From Desulfobacteraceae bacterium (GTDB lineage: Bacteria; Desulfobacterota; Syntrophobacteria; Syntrophobacterales; Syntrophobacteraceae), in contig JAJFUA010000443.1 of NCBI GenBank assembly GCA_021372635.1, positions 86 to 64,085 of the forward strand: a DNA stretch of 64,000 nt, given 5' to 3'. Below the pieces are notes generated by a model. The model ran no database searches. It was not told the origin of the DNA and saw only the letters and a program-made list of their open reading frames with translations. Position 1 is the first letter of the stretch; each line of letters begins with the position of its first letter. The translations under genes were made by a program, and so were the position numbers. Shown piece after piece: positions 9,513-17,681 of this stretch.

Positions 9513-10606
9513 GTGCAGCACGGGTAAGCCCCCCCCGAATCATCCGGGTGGAAGCGGCCGTCGCAGAGGCCCCGATCATGGCCGACCTGCGGTCGCGATT
9601 GCCCGGGGCACGCATCGAGGTCGTGGAACGGATGCCGGAGGCCAGGCAGCGGGATTCCGAAGTCCTGGAAGTCGTTTCGTTCAAAGGTCAATTCCTGAAA
9701 TCGTGCCCGGGCACGCGCCATTACCTGTGCTGCGGCTACCAGATCCTCAATTTCGGCATCCAGTGCACTCTGGGATGCACCTACTGCATTCTGCAAGCCT
9801 ACCTCAACCAGCCGAACCTGAGAATCTTCGGAAATATCCACGAGACACTGGATGGGGTCGACACCGAACTGCGTTCCCATCCCGAGCGGTTATACCGGAT
9901 CGGGACCGGCGAGTTTACCGATTCGATGCTTCTCGATCCGTGGACCGGTCTTTCCCGCAGGCTGGTTCCTTTTTTCGCACGGCAGGGCAACGCCGTCCTC
10001 GAGCTGAAAACCAAAACGGATTTTATCGAGAATCTCGAAGACCTGGATCATAACGGGCACACCATTGTCGCCTGGTCTTTGAACAGCGGGTTTGTGCGCG
10101 CCAGGGAGGAGTCCCTGACTGCGGGGATCGGCGCGCGCCTCGATGCGGCACGGCGCTGCGCTTCGTGGGGCTATAAGCTCGCATTCCATTTCGATCCCAT
10201 GATCGAGCATGAAGATTGGAAAGCCGGGTACGCGCGCACCGTCGATCGCCTGTTCGAAGCGGTCGATCCCTCCCTTGTGGTGTGGATCAGTCTAGGCGCT
10301 TTCCGGTTCATGCCGGACCTGAAGGCTGCCGTCCAGGCGAATCATCCCGGCAGTCGGATACTCTGCGGAGAGTTCATCCGGGGGCTCGATCAGAAGAACC
10401 GGTATTTTCGAGACATACGGGTCGAAATGTACTCGTTCATGGTAGAGAAAATCCGCCGGGTGGACCCGGATCTGCGGGTGTACCTCTGCATGGAGGGCAG
10501 GGACGTGTGGAGGGAATCCTTCGGTTTTTCTCCTGAGGAAATGGGAGGGCTCCCCGCAATGCTTGACCGGGCGGTGGCCGAGCGAATGAAGATTTCCGTG
10601 ACATAA
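9509..10606 (+). CDS. Spore-photoproduct-lyase-like radical SAM protein (SplB/COG1533-like)
   Basis: The CX3CX2C cluster motif is present (CTLGCTYC in FGIQCTLGCTYCILQAY). It also has RIGTGEFTDS and an overall SPL-like layout. The start MSAARV overlaps the upstream stop. Confidence 0.8.
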   Translation: MSAARVSPPRIIRVEAAVAEAPIMADLRSRLPGARIEVVERMPEARQRDSEVLEVVSFKGQFLKSCPGTRHYLCCGYQILNFGIQCTLGCTYCILQAYLNQPNLRIFGNIHETLDGVDTELRSHPERLYRIGTGEFTDSMLLDPWTGLSRRLVPFFARQGNAVLELKTKTDFIENLEDLDHNGHTIVAWSLNSGFVRAREESLTAGIGARLDAARRCASWGYKLAFHFDPMIEHEDWKAGYARTVDRLFEAVDPSLVVWISLGAFRFMPDLKAAVQANHPGSRILCGEFIRGLDQKNRYFRDIRVEMYSFMVEKIRRVDPDLRVYLCMEGRDVWRESFGFSPEEMGGLPAMLDRAVAERMKISVT

Positions 10607-11017
10607 AACCCCGGCCGTGACTTGCGGCGCATCCATATCGAAGGCATTTTGCGTGTTTGGCAAAAAACCGATACACTTTTGTCCGACATTTTAGTATAGC
10701 TCCAGGTAGCATGGAACAGTGGAGAAAAGGCCATCCAGGCAGCAATTCGCAGCGTTCCATGATGCGTTTTTCCCGCTAGCGCGTCGTACATGTCTGAATC
10801 CAGGCTGTTTGAGGCATACGGGAACCGAGTGATACCCGGGAAAGACGAGGAATCGGGTCCAGTTCCGCAAATCAAGTCGGGTGGAACGGGGGAGCTGTAG
10901 TCGAATGCATGGAGCGAACGCGTGCGCGCATGCGTAACGATGCGTGCGGGCGGCAGAGAACATTTTGCAGTCCGGATTTTCAACGAAAATATGCCGAAGA
11001 CCGCAGGGAGGAACAGG

Positions 11018-12202
11018 ATGGATTTTGGTTTGACAGACGAACAACGCATGATTCAGGAAACCGTTTATAAATGGGCCTTGAACGAATTGGGACCGATCCA
11101 GGAAAAGATCGACGAGGAGGATTGGTTCCCACCTGACTTCTTTAAAAAATGCGCTGAAATCGGCATATTGGGAATCACCATCGGCGAAGAGTATGGAGGG
11201 CTTGACGGGGATGTGCTGATGCAGACCATAGCCGTCGAACAGATGAGCCGGATCTGCCCCGGGCTGGCCATGACGTACGGCGCCCATTCGAACCTGTGCG
11301 CCAACAATATCCATAAGAATGCCCGGAAGGAACTGAAGGAAAAGTATCTTCCACCTCTCGTTGCCGGTGAAGCCGTCGGGGCGCTGGGCCTTACGGAACC
11401 GAACGCCGGCTCCGACGCCATGGGGATGAAAACGCGGGCGGCCAAGAAGGGGAACAAGTACATCCTGAACGGCAGCAAGATGTTCATCACCAACGGCCCG
11501 ATCGCCGACACCATTCTCGTATACGCCAAAACGGCCCCGGAAAAAGGCGCCAAAGGGATCAGCGCTTTCATCGTGGAAAAGGATTTTCCCGGATATTCGG
11601 TTTCCCGGAAGCTCAAGAAATGCGGCATGAGAGGTTCCCCGACGGGAGAACTGCTTTTCGACAACTGCGAAGTGCCCGCGGAAAACCTGGTAGGAGTGGA
11701 GAACGAAGGGGTGCACGTGGTGACCAGTGGCCTGGACATCGAACGGATCGTCCTGGCCGGGGGGTCCCTGGGAATGGCGCAGCAGGCACTCGACTATTCC
11801 ATCCGCTACGCGGTGGACAGGGAGCAGTTCGGCCAGCCCATCGCCAACTTCCAGATGATCCAGCAGAAACTGGCGGATATGTACGCTCGCACGGAAGCGG
11901 CCCGCCTCCTCGTCTACCGCGCGGCAACGGTCGCCCAGGAATCTCCCCGCGGAGGCAAGGGTACGGAACTCACCAAGCTGGCGGCCTCCGCCATCCTTTT
12001 TGCCGCGGAAACGGCCACATGGGTGTGCGATCAGGCGGTGCAGATCCACGGCGGGTACGGGTACTGTCTGGAATTCCCCGTTCAGAAACTATGGCGCGAT
12101 GCGAAGCTTTATGAAATCGGTGCCGGCACCAGTGAAGTGCGCCGCCTGATCATCGCCCGCGAACTGACCCGCGAAGAATTTGCCCGCAAGCAGCAGCGCT
12201 AG
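11018..12202 (+). CDS. Acyl-CoA dehydrogenase (isovaleryl/short-branched-chain-like)
   Basis: It has ALGLTEPNAGSDA, KMFITNGPIAD, the C-terminal QIHGGYGY and EIGAGTSEVRR. ATG 11018 is preceded by GGGAGG. Confidence 0.9.
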   Translation: MDFGLTDEQRMIQETVYKWALNELGPIQEKIDEEDWFPPDFFKKCAEIGILGITIGEEYGGLDGDVLMQTIAVEQMSRICPGLAMTYGAHSNLCANNIHKNARKELKEKYLPPLVAGEAVGALGLTEPNAGSDAMGMKTRAAKKGNKYILNGSKMFITNGPIADTILVYAKTAPEKGAKGISAFIVEKDFPGYSVSRKLKKCGMRGSPTGELLFDNCEVPAENLVGVENEGVHVVTSGLDIERIVLAGGSLGMAQQALDYSIRYAVDREQFGQPIANFQMIQQKLADMYARTEAARLLVYRAATVAQESPRGGKGTELTKLAASAILFAAETATWVCDQAVQIHGGYGYCLEFPVQKLWRDAKLYEIGAGTSEVRRLIIARELTREEFARKQQR

Positions 12203-12215
12203 AAAAAGCCTTCCT

Positions 12216-12252
12216 GCGGGTTCCGGCGGTTTTCCGTGTCGCCGGAACCCGC
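12216..12252 (+). terminator. Perfect 13-bp stem hairpin after the acyl-CoA dehydrogenase gene
   Basis: GCGGGTTCCGGCG (12216-12228) pairs with CGCCGGAACCCGC (12240-12252) across an 11-nt loop. There is no clear U-tract. Confidence 0.4.
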
Positions 12253-12539
12253 GTCCGTGTCGCAATGCGAAGATTTTGACTCTCCTCCAGGAATAGTGTA
12301 AGTTCAACCCCGCATCGGCTTTCTGTGGGTGTTTCATACGATCAGTCATTTCAGGTTCATAGAGAGAAAGCATACCGGGGTCGATCGGCGGGCCTGTTCG
12401 GCATGCAACGCTCCCCGTTGGAGCCTTCGGGCGTTCCGATCCCCGCATTACCGGAAGGAAAGCGTGGATAGGGGGCGCGGACAGCGCGTCCGTCGTGTAT
12501 CTTGAAGAACACCAGGCGAAGAGAGGAGTGCCGAATTTT

Positions 12540-13532
12540 ATGGAATACGGGCTCAGACGTTACGAAGCCGCGCAAAGGCTTCTGTGGTTTCTCTACTTCC
12601 TGATCTGTCTCGCTCTAGCCTATCCCGTGGCCAATTCGTATACTGTGGCCGCCGCCGGGGCTGTCGGCCAGGGTGCGTTCCAGGCCGAACTGCTCAAATC
12701 GAAGGCTTTCTGGACGCAGTTGCAGTGGATCCTGGTGGAACCCTCCGGCCGGATCATGGTTTATATGATCTGGGTGGCGCTTCTGTTCATCGGGTTGCGG
12801 TTCGTGTGGCTGGTGGTTCAATACGTGGGGAACTACCTCCTGAAACGGACACTGGATTCCAAGATGAACGCGGGCAGGAAGCGGGGCGGCGGCGTGGCGA
12901 ACGCACCGCAGGCGGGGCACGAAAAGCTCTATTCCACGGAACTGCTGATCCGCGATGTGGAGCGATTCCCGCTTCGTTTCCTATTCCATCCCTACCAAAG
13001 GCTGAGGCTGCTGCTTGCGAACCCGCAGGGCGCTCTCGCTTCCGAGGATTTGAACGAAAAGGAACGCCGGATCGTCGAAACGGACTGGCACGTCATTCTG
13101 GGTTCCTGGGCACCGTTCGGGTGGCTGATGTGGCTTCTTCCCCTGACGGCTCTCTTCCAGGCGTGCTATCTCTTCGCTCAGCAGGTGCAACCCGCCATTG
13201 CCGGGCAGAAGGATTTCCAGGACGTGTTCGGGTTCCTGATCGCCAGCCTCCTTCCCGTGCTTCAGGTGATCGGCCTGACGATCGTATTCAGGCTTTCTTC
13301 CGCGCTGCTGAAACGCTTCGAAGAACTGTATCTCTCCAACGTGGATGCGCTGCTCTACGATCAGTTTCTATCTAGGCTTCCGTTTCAGAGCAGCGATACC
13401 GTGATCCTGATGGAGGTGATGGAACGCCATTACCAGGAGCTTCAGTCGGCCCTGCGGCGAATCGAGCGTTTCATGGGAAGGGAAAAGGAAAAGGTGGTCC
13501 CAGGTGTCAAGGTCGAAAACGCCCGATCATGA
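12540..13532 (+). CDS. Hypothetical membrane protein (about 4 TM helices)
   Basis: The ORF has four hydrophobic helices and no recognised motif. I prefer ATG 12540 (MEYGL) over the GTG at 12495. Its 3' end overlaps the next gene by 29 nt. Confidence 0.55.
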   Translation: MEYGLRRYEAAQRLLWFLYFLICLALAYPVANSYTVAAAGAVGQGAFQAELLKSKAFWTQLQWILVEPSGRIMVYMIWVALLFIGLRFVWLVVQYVGNYLLKRTLDSKMNAGRKRGGGVANAPQAGHEKLYSTELLIRDVERFPLRFLFHPYQRLRLLLANPQGALASEDLNEKERRIVETDWHVILGSWAPFGWLMWLLPLTALFQACYLFAQQVQPAIAGQKDFQDVFGFLIASLLPVLQVIGLTIVFRLSSALLKRFEELYLSNVDALLYDQFLSRLPFQSSDTVILMEVMERHYQELQSALRRIERFMGREKEKVVPGVKVENARS

Positions 13533-14016
13533 ATCGATCCTCGGCCCGCTCGTGATCGGAATGCTGAAAAAGATCCCGGTCTTTGCCGCCAATCCTCTCG
13601 GGGACTGGAAGGAACTGGTCGGGGAACAGATGGCGCGCTATTCTCAGCCGACGTCGCTCAAGAAGAAGACTCTTGTCGTGACGGTGTACGATTCGGTCTG
13701 GATGCACCACCTGGAATTGAACCGGCAGGCGCTCATCGAGAAGATCAACCGGCTGCGGCCGGAGCCGATCGTCGAGAAAATGGTGCTGCGGATCGGAGAG
13801 GTGCCGGAAGCCGCGCCGGTGTTGAACTCCGATTACAGGGAACTGGAGAAGGCGGCCAGGAAGCGGCTGCGCGTTCCGAAGAGGAAGAAGGCACCACCGC
13901 GCGAATTGACCGCCGAAGAGCGGGAACTGATTATGAAACTTCCCGATAAGGAGCTGCGGTCACTCGCAACGAAGCTTCTGAAGCGGATTCCCGAAGACGA
14001 TACCCCCGCCGGATGA
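13504..14016 (+). CDS. DUF721/DciA-like protein
   Basis: The pattern W..LVGEQMA..S.P..LKKKTLVVTVYDSVWMHHLELNRQALIEKIN is typical of DUF721. The start is the GTG at 13504; ATG 13561 is an alternative. Confidence 0.65.
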   Translation: MSRSKTPDHESILGPLVIGMLKKIPVFAANPLGDWKELVGEQMARYSQPTSLKKKTLVVTVYDSVWMHHLELNRQALIEKINRLRPEPIVEKMVLRIGEVPEAAPVLNSDYRELEKAARKRLRVPKRKKAPPRELTAEERELIMKLPDKELRSLATKLLKRIPEDDTPAG

Positions 14017-14020
14017 ACCC

Positions 14021-16000
14021 TCATTCCTGATCGGGCATCTTGAGAACGTCCAGGATTTTTTCCGCAAGTCCCTCGGGAATTCCGGGAACCTCCCCGATTT
14101 CCCGAATGCCGGCGTTCTGGAGCGACTCGATGCTCCCGAAATGCTTCAGAAGGATCTGGCGCCTCCTGGGGCCGATGCCCGGGATCTGGTCGAGGGCGGA
14201 CAGGAGAAGCCCCTGCCGGTGCAGACTTTTGTAGTGAGTGATCGCGAACCGGTGCGCCTCGTCCCTCAGGCGCTGGAGCAGGTGCAGGATGTCCGGGTAA
14301 TGGGAAAGAAACCTCGGGTTCTTCCGCCCGGGGATGTAGATCTTTTCGTACAGCCCCCGTCCTTTTTCGCCCCTGTCCGCTTCGCGCTCCTTGGCGATGG
14401 AGATCAGGGGCAGGCGCTCGGTCATGCCCTTCTCCTCGAAAAGATGACGGATGCGGCTGAGCTGTCCCTTCCCGCCGTCCAGGACGAACAGGTCGAGGCG
14501 GTCGACCAGGGCGGGATCGCTGTCCAGTAGTCTTTCCACCACTTCAGCCATCATGGCGGGGTCGTCGGGCTCGTTTTTGCCGTCGATGCGGAAATGCCGG
14601 TAGAACTGCTTGTCCGGCTGCCCGTCTGAAAAAACGACGACCGACCCTACCGCGTGCTGCCCCTGGATGTTGGAAATGTCGACGCACGCCATTCGCTGCG
14701 GGAGACGGGGAAGTTTCAGAAGCCGCTGCAGCCCGGCGAGAATGTCCTGATCTCTTTCGTGAAACCGCCGGCGACTGGTGAAGCGCTCGAGGGCGTTGCG
14801 TTCCGCGAGTTCGAGCAGGCGGCGGCGTTCGCCTCGTTTCACGGGCCAGAGGTGGACGCGCTTTCCTCGGGATTCCGTGAGCCACTCTTCCAGGACCTGC
14901 CGGTCTTCCAGTTCCACGGGCACGAGGATTTCGTCCGGAATGTAGCGGCCGCCGTCGTAATACTGCTGGATGAAGGATGCCAGGAGTTCGTGGATTTCTC
15001 CTTGAGCGTCATGAAGATCGAAGTTTTTCTGGCCGATGAGGACACCCTGCCGGACAAACAGCACCGCCAGTTCCGTACCTTCGGGTTCGTGGTGAATGCC
15101 GAGGATGTCCTGGTTCAGAAAGCGGTCGGAGACGATGTGCTGTTTTTCGAGCATGGCCTCGATGCCTTTGAGCCGGTCGCGATAAAAGGCGGCGCGCTCG
15201 AAGTCGAGGACTTCGGCGGCTTCTTCCATGAGTTGGCGGAGCTGCTGCTGGAGCACGTCGGTTTTGCCCTGGAGAAACAGTATCACCTCTTCGACCATCT
15301 TGCGATAGTCTTCCTGGCTGATTTTTCCGGCACAGGCGCCAAGACAGCGGCCGAGGGAGTAGTTGAGGCATGGGCGGTCGCGCGAGGCGAGGCGTAATCC
15401 CTTGCACTGCCTCAGGGGAAAGACCTGGTTGAGGAGCTTCATCGTTTCCCGCACCGCATAGCCGGAAGGATAGGGGCCGAAGTAGAGGGCTCCATCCTTT
15501 TGAAACCGGCGCACGACTTCCAGGCGTGGATAGGGGGCATTGGGATCGATGCGCAGGGCGGGATAGTTCTTGTCGTCCCGGAGGATGACGTTGTAGCGTG
15601 GCCGATGCTTTTTGATCAGGCTCGCTTCGAGCAGCAGGGCTTCCTTTTCCGTGGAGGTCACGACAAATTCAAGATCCGCGGCCCTGGAGACGAGAACACG
15701 CGTCTTGACGCTGATGGCGGAGGTGTTCCGGAAGTAGCTGCCGACCCGCTTTCTCAGGTCCACCGCCTTGCCCACGTACAGCACGACCCCTTCCTCATCC
15801 CTGAATAGATAGACTCCTGGAAGGTGCGGAAATGTGACCGTTTTACGGAAAAGTGGGCGTTCCTCGGCGATGGCATCCGGGGCGGGCGTCTGCGTGGAAT
15901 CCTGTTCCTGCGAACTCAATGAAAAATCCTCTCGAATCGTCGAACCGGAAAAGAATGGCGGCAACCGGTGCCGCCTGCGAAAGAAATTATGCGATTTCAC
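14021..16000 (-). CDS. uvrC: Excinuclease ABC subunit C
   Basis: It has the GIY-YIG module (GVYLFRDEEGVVLYVGKA), a UvrBC-interaction region and a C-terminal (HhH)2 (IPGIGPRRRQILLKHFGSIESL). The N-terminus is about 45 aa longer than usual, so the start is uncertain. Confidence 0.9.
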   Translation of the reverse strand: MKSHNFFRRRHRLPPFFSGSTIREDFSLSSQEQDSTQTPAPDAIAEERPLFRKTVTFPHLPGVYLFRDEEGVVLYVGKAVDLRKRVGSYFRNTSAISVKTRVLVSRAADLEFVVTSTEKEALLLEASLIKKHRPRYNVILRDDKNYPALRIDPNAPYPRLEVVRRFQKDGALYFGPYPSGYAVRETMKLLNQVFPLRQCKGLRLASRDRPCLNYSLGRCLGACAGKISQEDYRKMVEEVILFLQGKTDVLQQQLRQLMEEAAEVLDFERAAFYRDRLKGIEAMLEKQHIVSDRFLNQDILGIHHEPEGTELAVLFVRQGVLIGQKNFDLHDAQGEIHELLASFIQQYYDGGRYIPDEILVPVELEDRQVLEEWLTESRGKRVHLWPVKRGERRRLLELAERNALERFTSRRRFHERDQDILAGLQRLLKLPRLPQRMACVDISNIQGQHAVGSVVVFSDGQPDKQFYRHFRIDGKNEPDDPAMMAEVVERLLDSDPALVDRLDLFVLDGGKGQLSRIRHLFEEKGMTERLPLISIAKEREADRGEKGRGLYEKIYIPGRKNPRFLSHYPDILHLLQRLRDEAHRFAITHYKSLHRQGLLLSALDQIPGIGPRRRQILLKHFGSIESLQNAGIREIGEVPGIPEGLAEKILDVLKMPDQE

Positions 16001-16089
16001 TGCTTATTTTCGCGCATCCCGGGCGGTAAATCAACGGGCATCGACACGGGATGGAAAACTTCCCCGGATGAATTCCATTGGTTAGAACA

Positions 16090-16118
16090 CTGTTCCCGCT
16101 TCACTGAAGCGGGAACAG
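16090..16118. repeat. Perfect 29-bp palindrome (14+1+14) between divergent uvrC and tRNA-Pro
   Basis: The sequence is CTGTTCCCGCTTCA c TGAAGCGGGAACAG. There is no flanking U-tract on either strand. Confidence 0.6.
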
Positions 16119-16171
16119 GCGCACGGAAGGACCCTGAAACCCGGCACGCACCAGAAATTTCCCGAAAAACC

Positions 16172-16200
16172 TGGACAGCGGGTGAAAATTTTGTTAAAGA
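16172..16200 (+). promoter_or_regulatory. Sigma70-like promoter candidate for tRNA-Pro
   Basis: TGGACA (16172-16177), a 17-nt spacer and TAAAGA (16195-16200) lie about 17 nt upstream of the tRNA 5' end. Confidence 0.3.
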
Positions 16201-16216
16201 AGCAACGTCATTCAGT

Positions 16217-16293
16217 CGGGACGTGGCTCAGCCTGGTAGAGCGCTGCGTTCGGGACGCAGAGGTCGCTGGTTCAAATCCAGTCGTCCCGACCA
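16217..16293 (+). tRNA. tRNA-Pro (anticodon CGG)
   Basis: The 7-bp acceptor stem CGGGACG/CGTCCCG is followed by discriminator A and an encoded CCA. D-arm GCTCAGCCTGGTAGAGC and the T-loop GGTTCAAATCC are present. The anticodon stem CTGCG/CGCAG carries loop TTCGGGA. Confidence 0.93.
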
Positions 16294-16309
16294 AATGTTA
16301 AGTAAAATC

Positions 16310-16338
16310 AACCCCTTCTCGGAGGGGTTTTCCTTTTT
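16310..16338 (+). terminator. Rho-independent terminator after tRNA-Pro
   Basis: A 7-bp stem AACCCCT/AGGGGTT with loop TCTCGG is followed by TTCCTTTTT. Confidence 0.7.
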
Positions 16339-16856
16339 CCCCTCTTCCACAGGTGTTCCACCCCCGATAAATCAGTGCCGCAGGCGGTTCGTTCCGACCG
16401 CAGCAGCCATCGTAGATCCGCGTGAAGCAGGTTCCGGCTGTTTCGTGTATCATTCCAGAATTTGTATCATCCGCAGATAATGAACCGAGTGAAATTCACG
16501 GAGGAATTCCAGCGCTGAAGGTACCGGAACAGTCCATACAATTGGAGATAGCAGAGATTTGCTCTGACGGTGGGGAAAAGGCCGACGAAATGGGCAGGTT
16601 TTACAGGATGGGGTTGCTCAATGTGATCCGGTGCGGAATTTTGATCTGCACGACCGCGGGTGACAGTGATCCGAAAGGCTGCGGGCAAAGAAATGGCGGG
16701 CTATCCCTCCGCGGGTTCGAGGTGCGGCGCGGGATGCATGGAATCATCTCCGCGCCAGAAACCGGATGCCTTTATGCCCGATCGGCGAGAATGAACAGCA
16801 TTTCTGCAAACGAGATCACTCCCGGAGAGGTGAACGGGCCTTCAAACGCGGTTCGC

Positions 16857-17129
16857 CTAAAACCTCCAGGTACTCATGATGCCGATTCCGCCGGTGACTG
16901 TGGGATAGGAACCGCGCTTTTCGAAGATCTGCGACACCTCCAGTCCCGTCAGGGGCAATTGTGAATTGGGGATATTGTAAAACTGTGCGTCGGGGTTGCT
17001 GTAAAAAAGCTGTATCTCCGCTCCGCCGATGTTGTACATCCCCGGGTGCGGCGAATCGTAAAAAGCCTTTACGGAACTGCACCCCGCAACGGCTGCCAGC
17101 AGCATGCATGCAAGGATGATTCTGGTCAT
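16857..17129 (-). CDS. Small lipoprotein (about 90 aa), unknown function
   Basis: MTRIILACMLLAAVAGC is a signal peptide with a lipobox (VAGC). GGAGGG lies upstream of ATG 17129. It sits in a lower-GC patch next to the tRNA. Confidence 0.6.
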   Translation of the reverse strand: MTRIILACMLLAAVAGCSSVKAFYDSPHPGMYNIGGAEIQLFYSNPDAQFYNIPNSQLPLTGLEVSQIFEKRGSYPTVTGGIGIMSTWRF

Positions 17130-17374
17130 GGGACCCTCCTGTCTTGGAGAAGATGAGAAAATCTTCCACATAGAAGATAAGTAATCGCATTTCCATGGTA
17201 AAGGGGATGAATTGGAAAAGCATGACCAGAAGATAGGATTTATTTAGGGAAAGATAATATTATTGCCCTGCCCGCTTCTATTTTCCGGCAGATTCGATTT
17301 GCCCAATGGATGCGGCTTCCCATACAATGAGAGTATCTCTTAGAGGCAAAAAAAAAGGGAGGTCTGAAAACAGG

Positions 17375-17569
17375 ATGGAAAAGCGTACGAACGAAATTGT
17401 GAGCGTTCTGGAAAAACTCGATGAGGAATTCAGGAACTTACCCGATATTTCCGATATGGCCATGTCGCTGTGGGAAAAGGGGCTCGATCTTCTGGGAACG
17501 GCCATATGGACATACGAGAAGACCATCGAGGCGAAAGAGCAGTTTCACGGGGAGAACTCCGCGAAATAG
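17375..17569 (+). CDS. Small hypothetical protein (64 aa)
   Basis: ATG 17375 (MEKRT) is preceded by GGGAGG. The product is charged and helical-looking and matches no family I recognise. Confidence 0.35.
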   Translation: MEKRTNEIVSVLEKLDEEFRNLPDISDMAMSLWEKGLDLLGTAIWTYEKTIEAKEQFHGENSAK

Positions 17570-17681
17570 GCGTTTCTGAAAACAAGACGTTTCGGGGGGC
17601 CGTTCGGCTGATGGGAATTCGCCCGGGGCTTTGCCGGAACCGGGGCCTGCAGGGACGGCGGGGCGGAATGAAAGCGAGTCG

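Noticed and set aside
16422-16964. A 180-aa ORF in the tRNA-adjacent islet.
   Set aside because: It has no RBS and no recognisable motif. Its composition is odd, and its 3' end overlaps the better-supported lipoprotein gene on the opposite strand.
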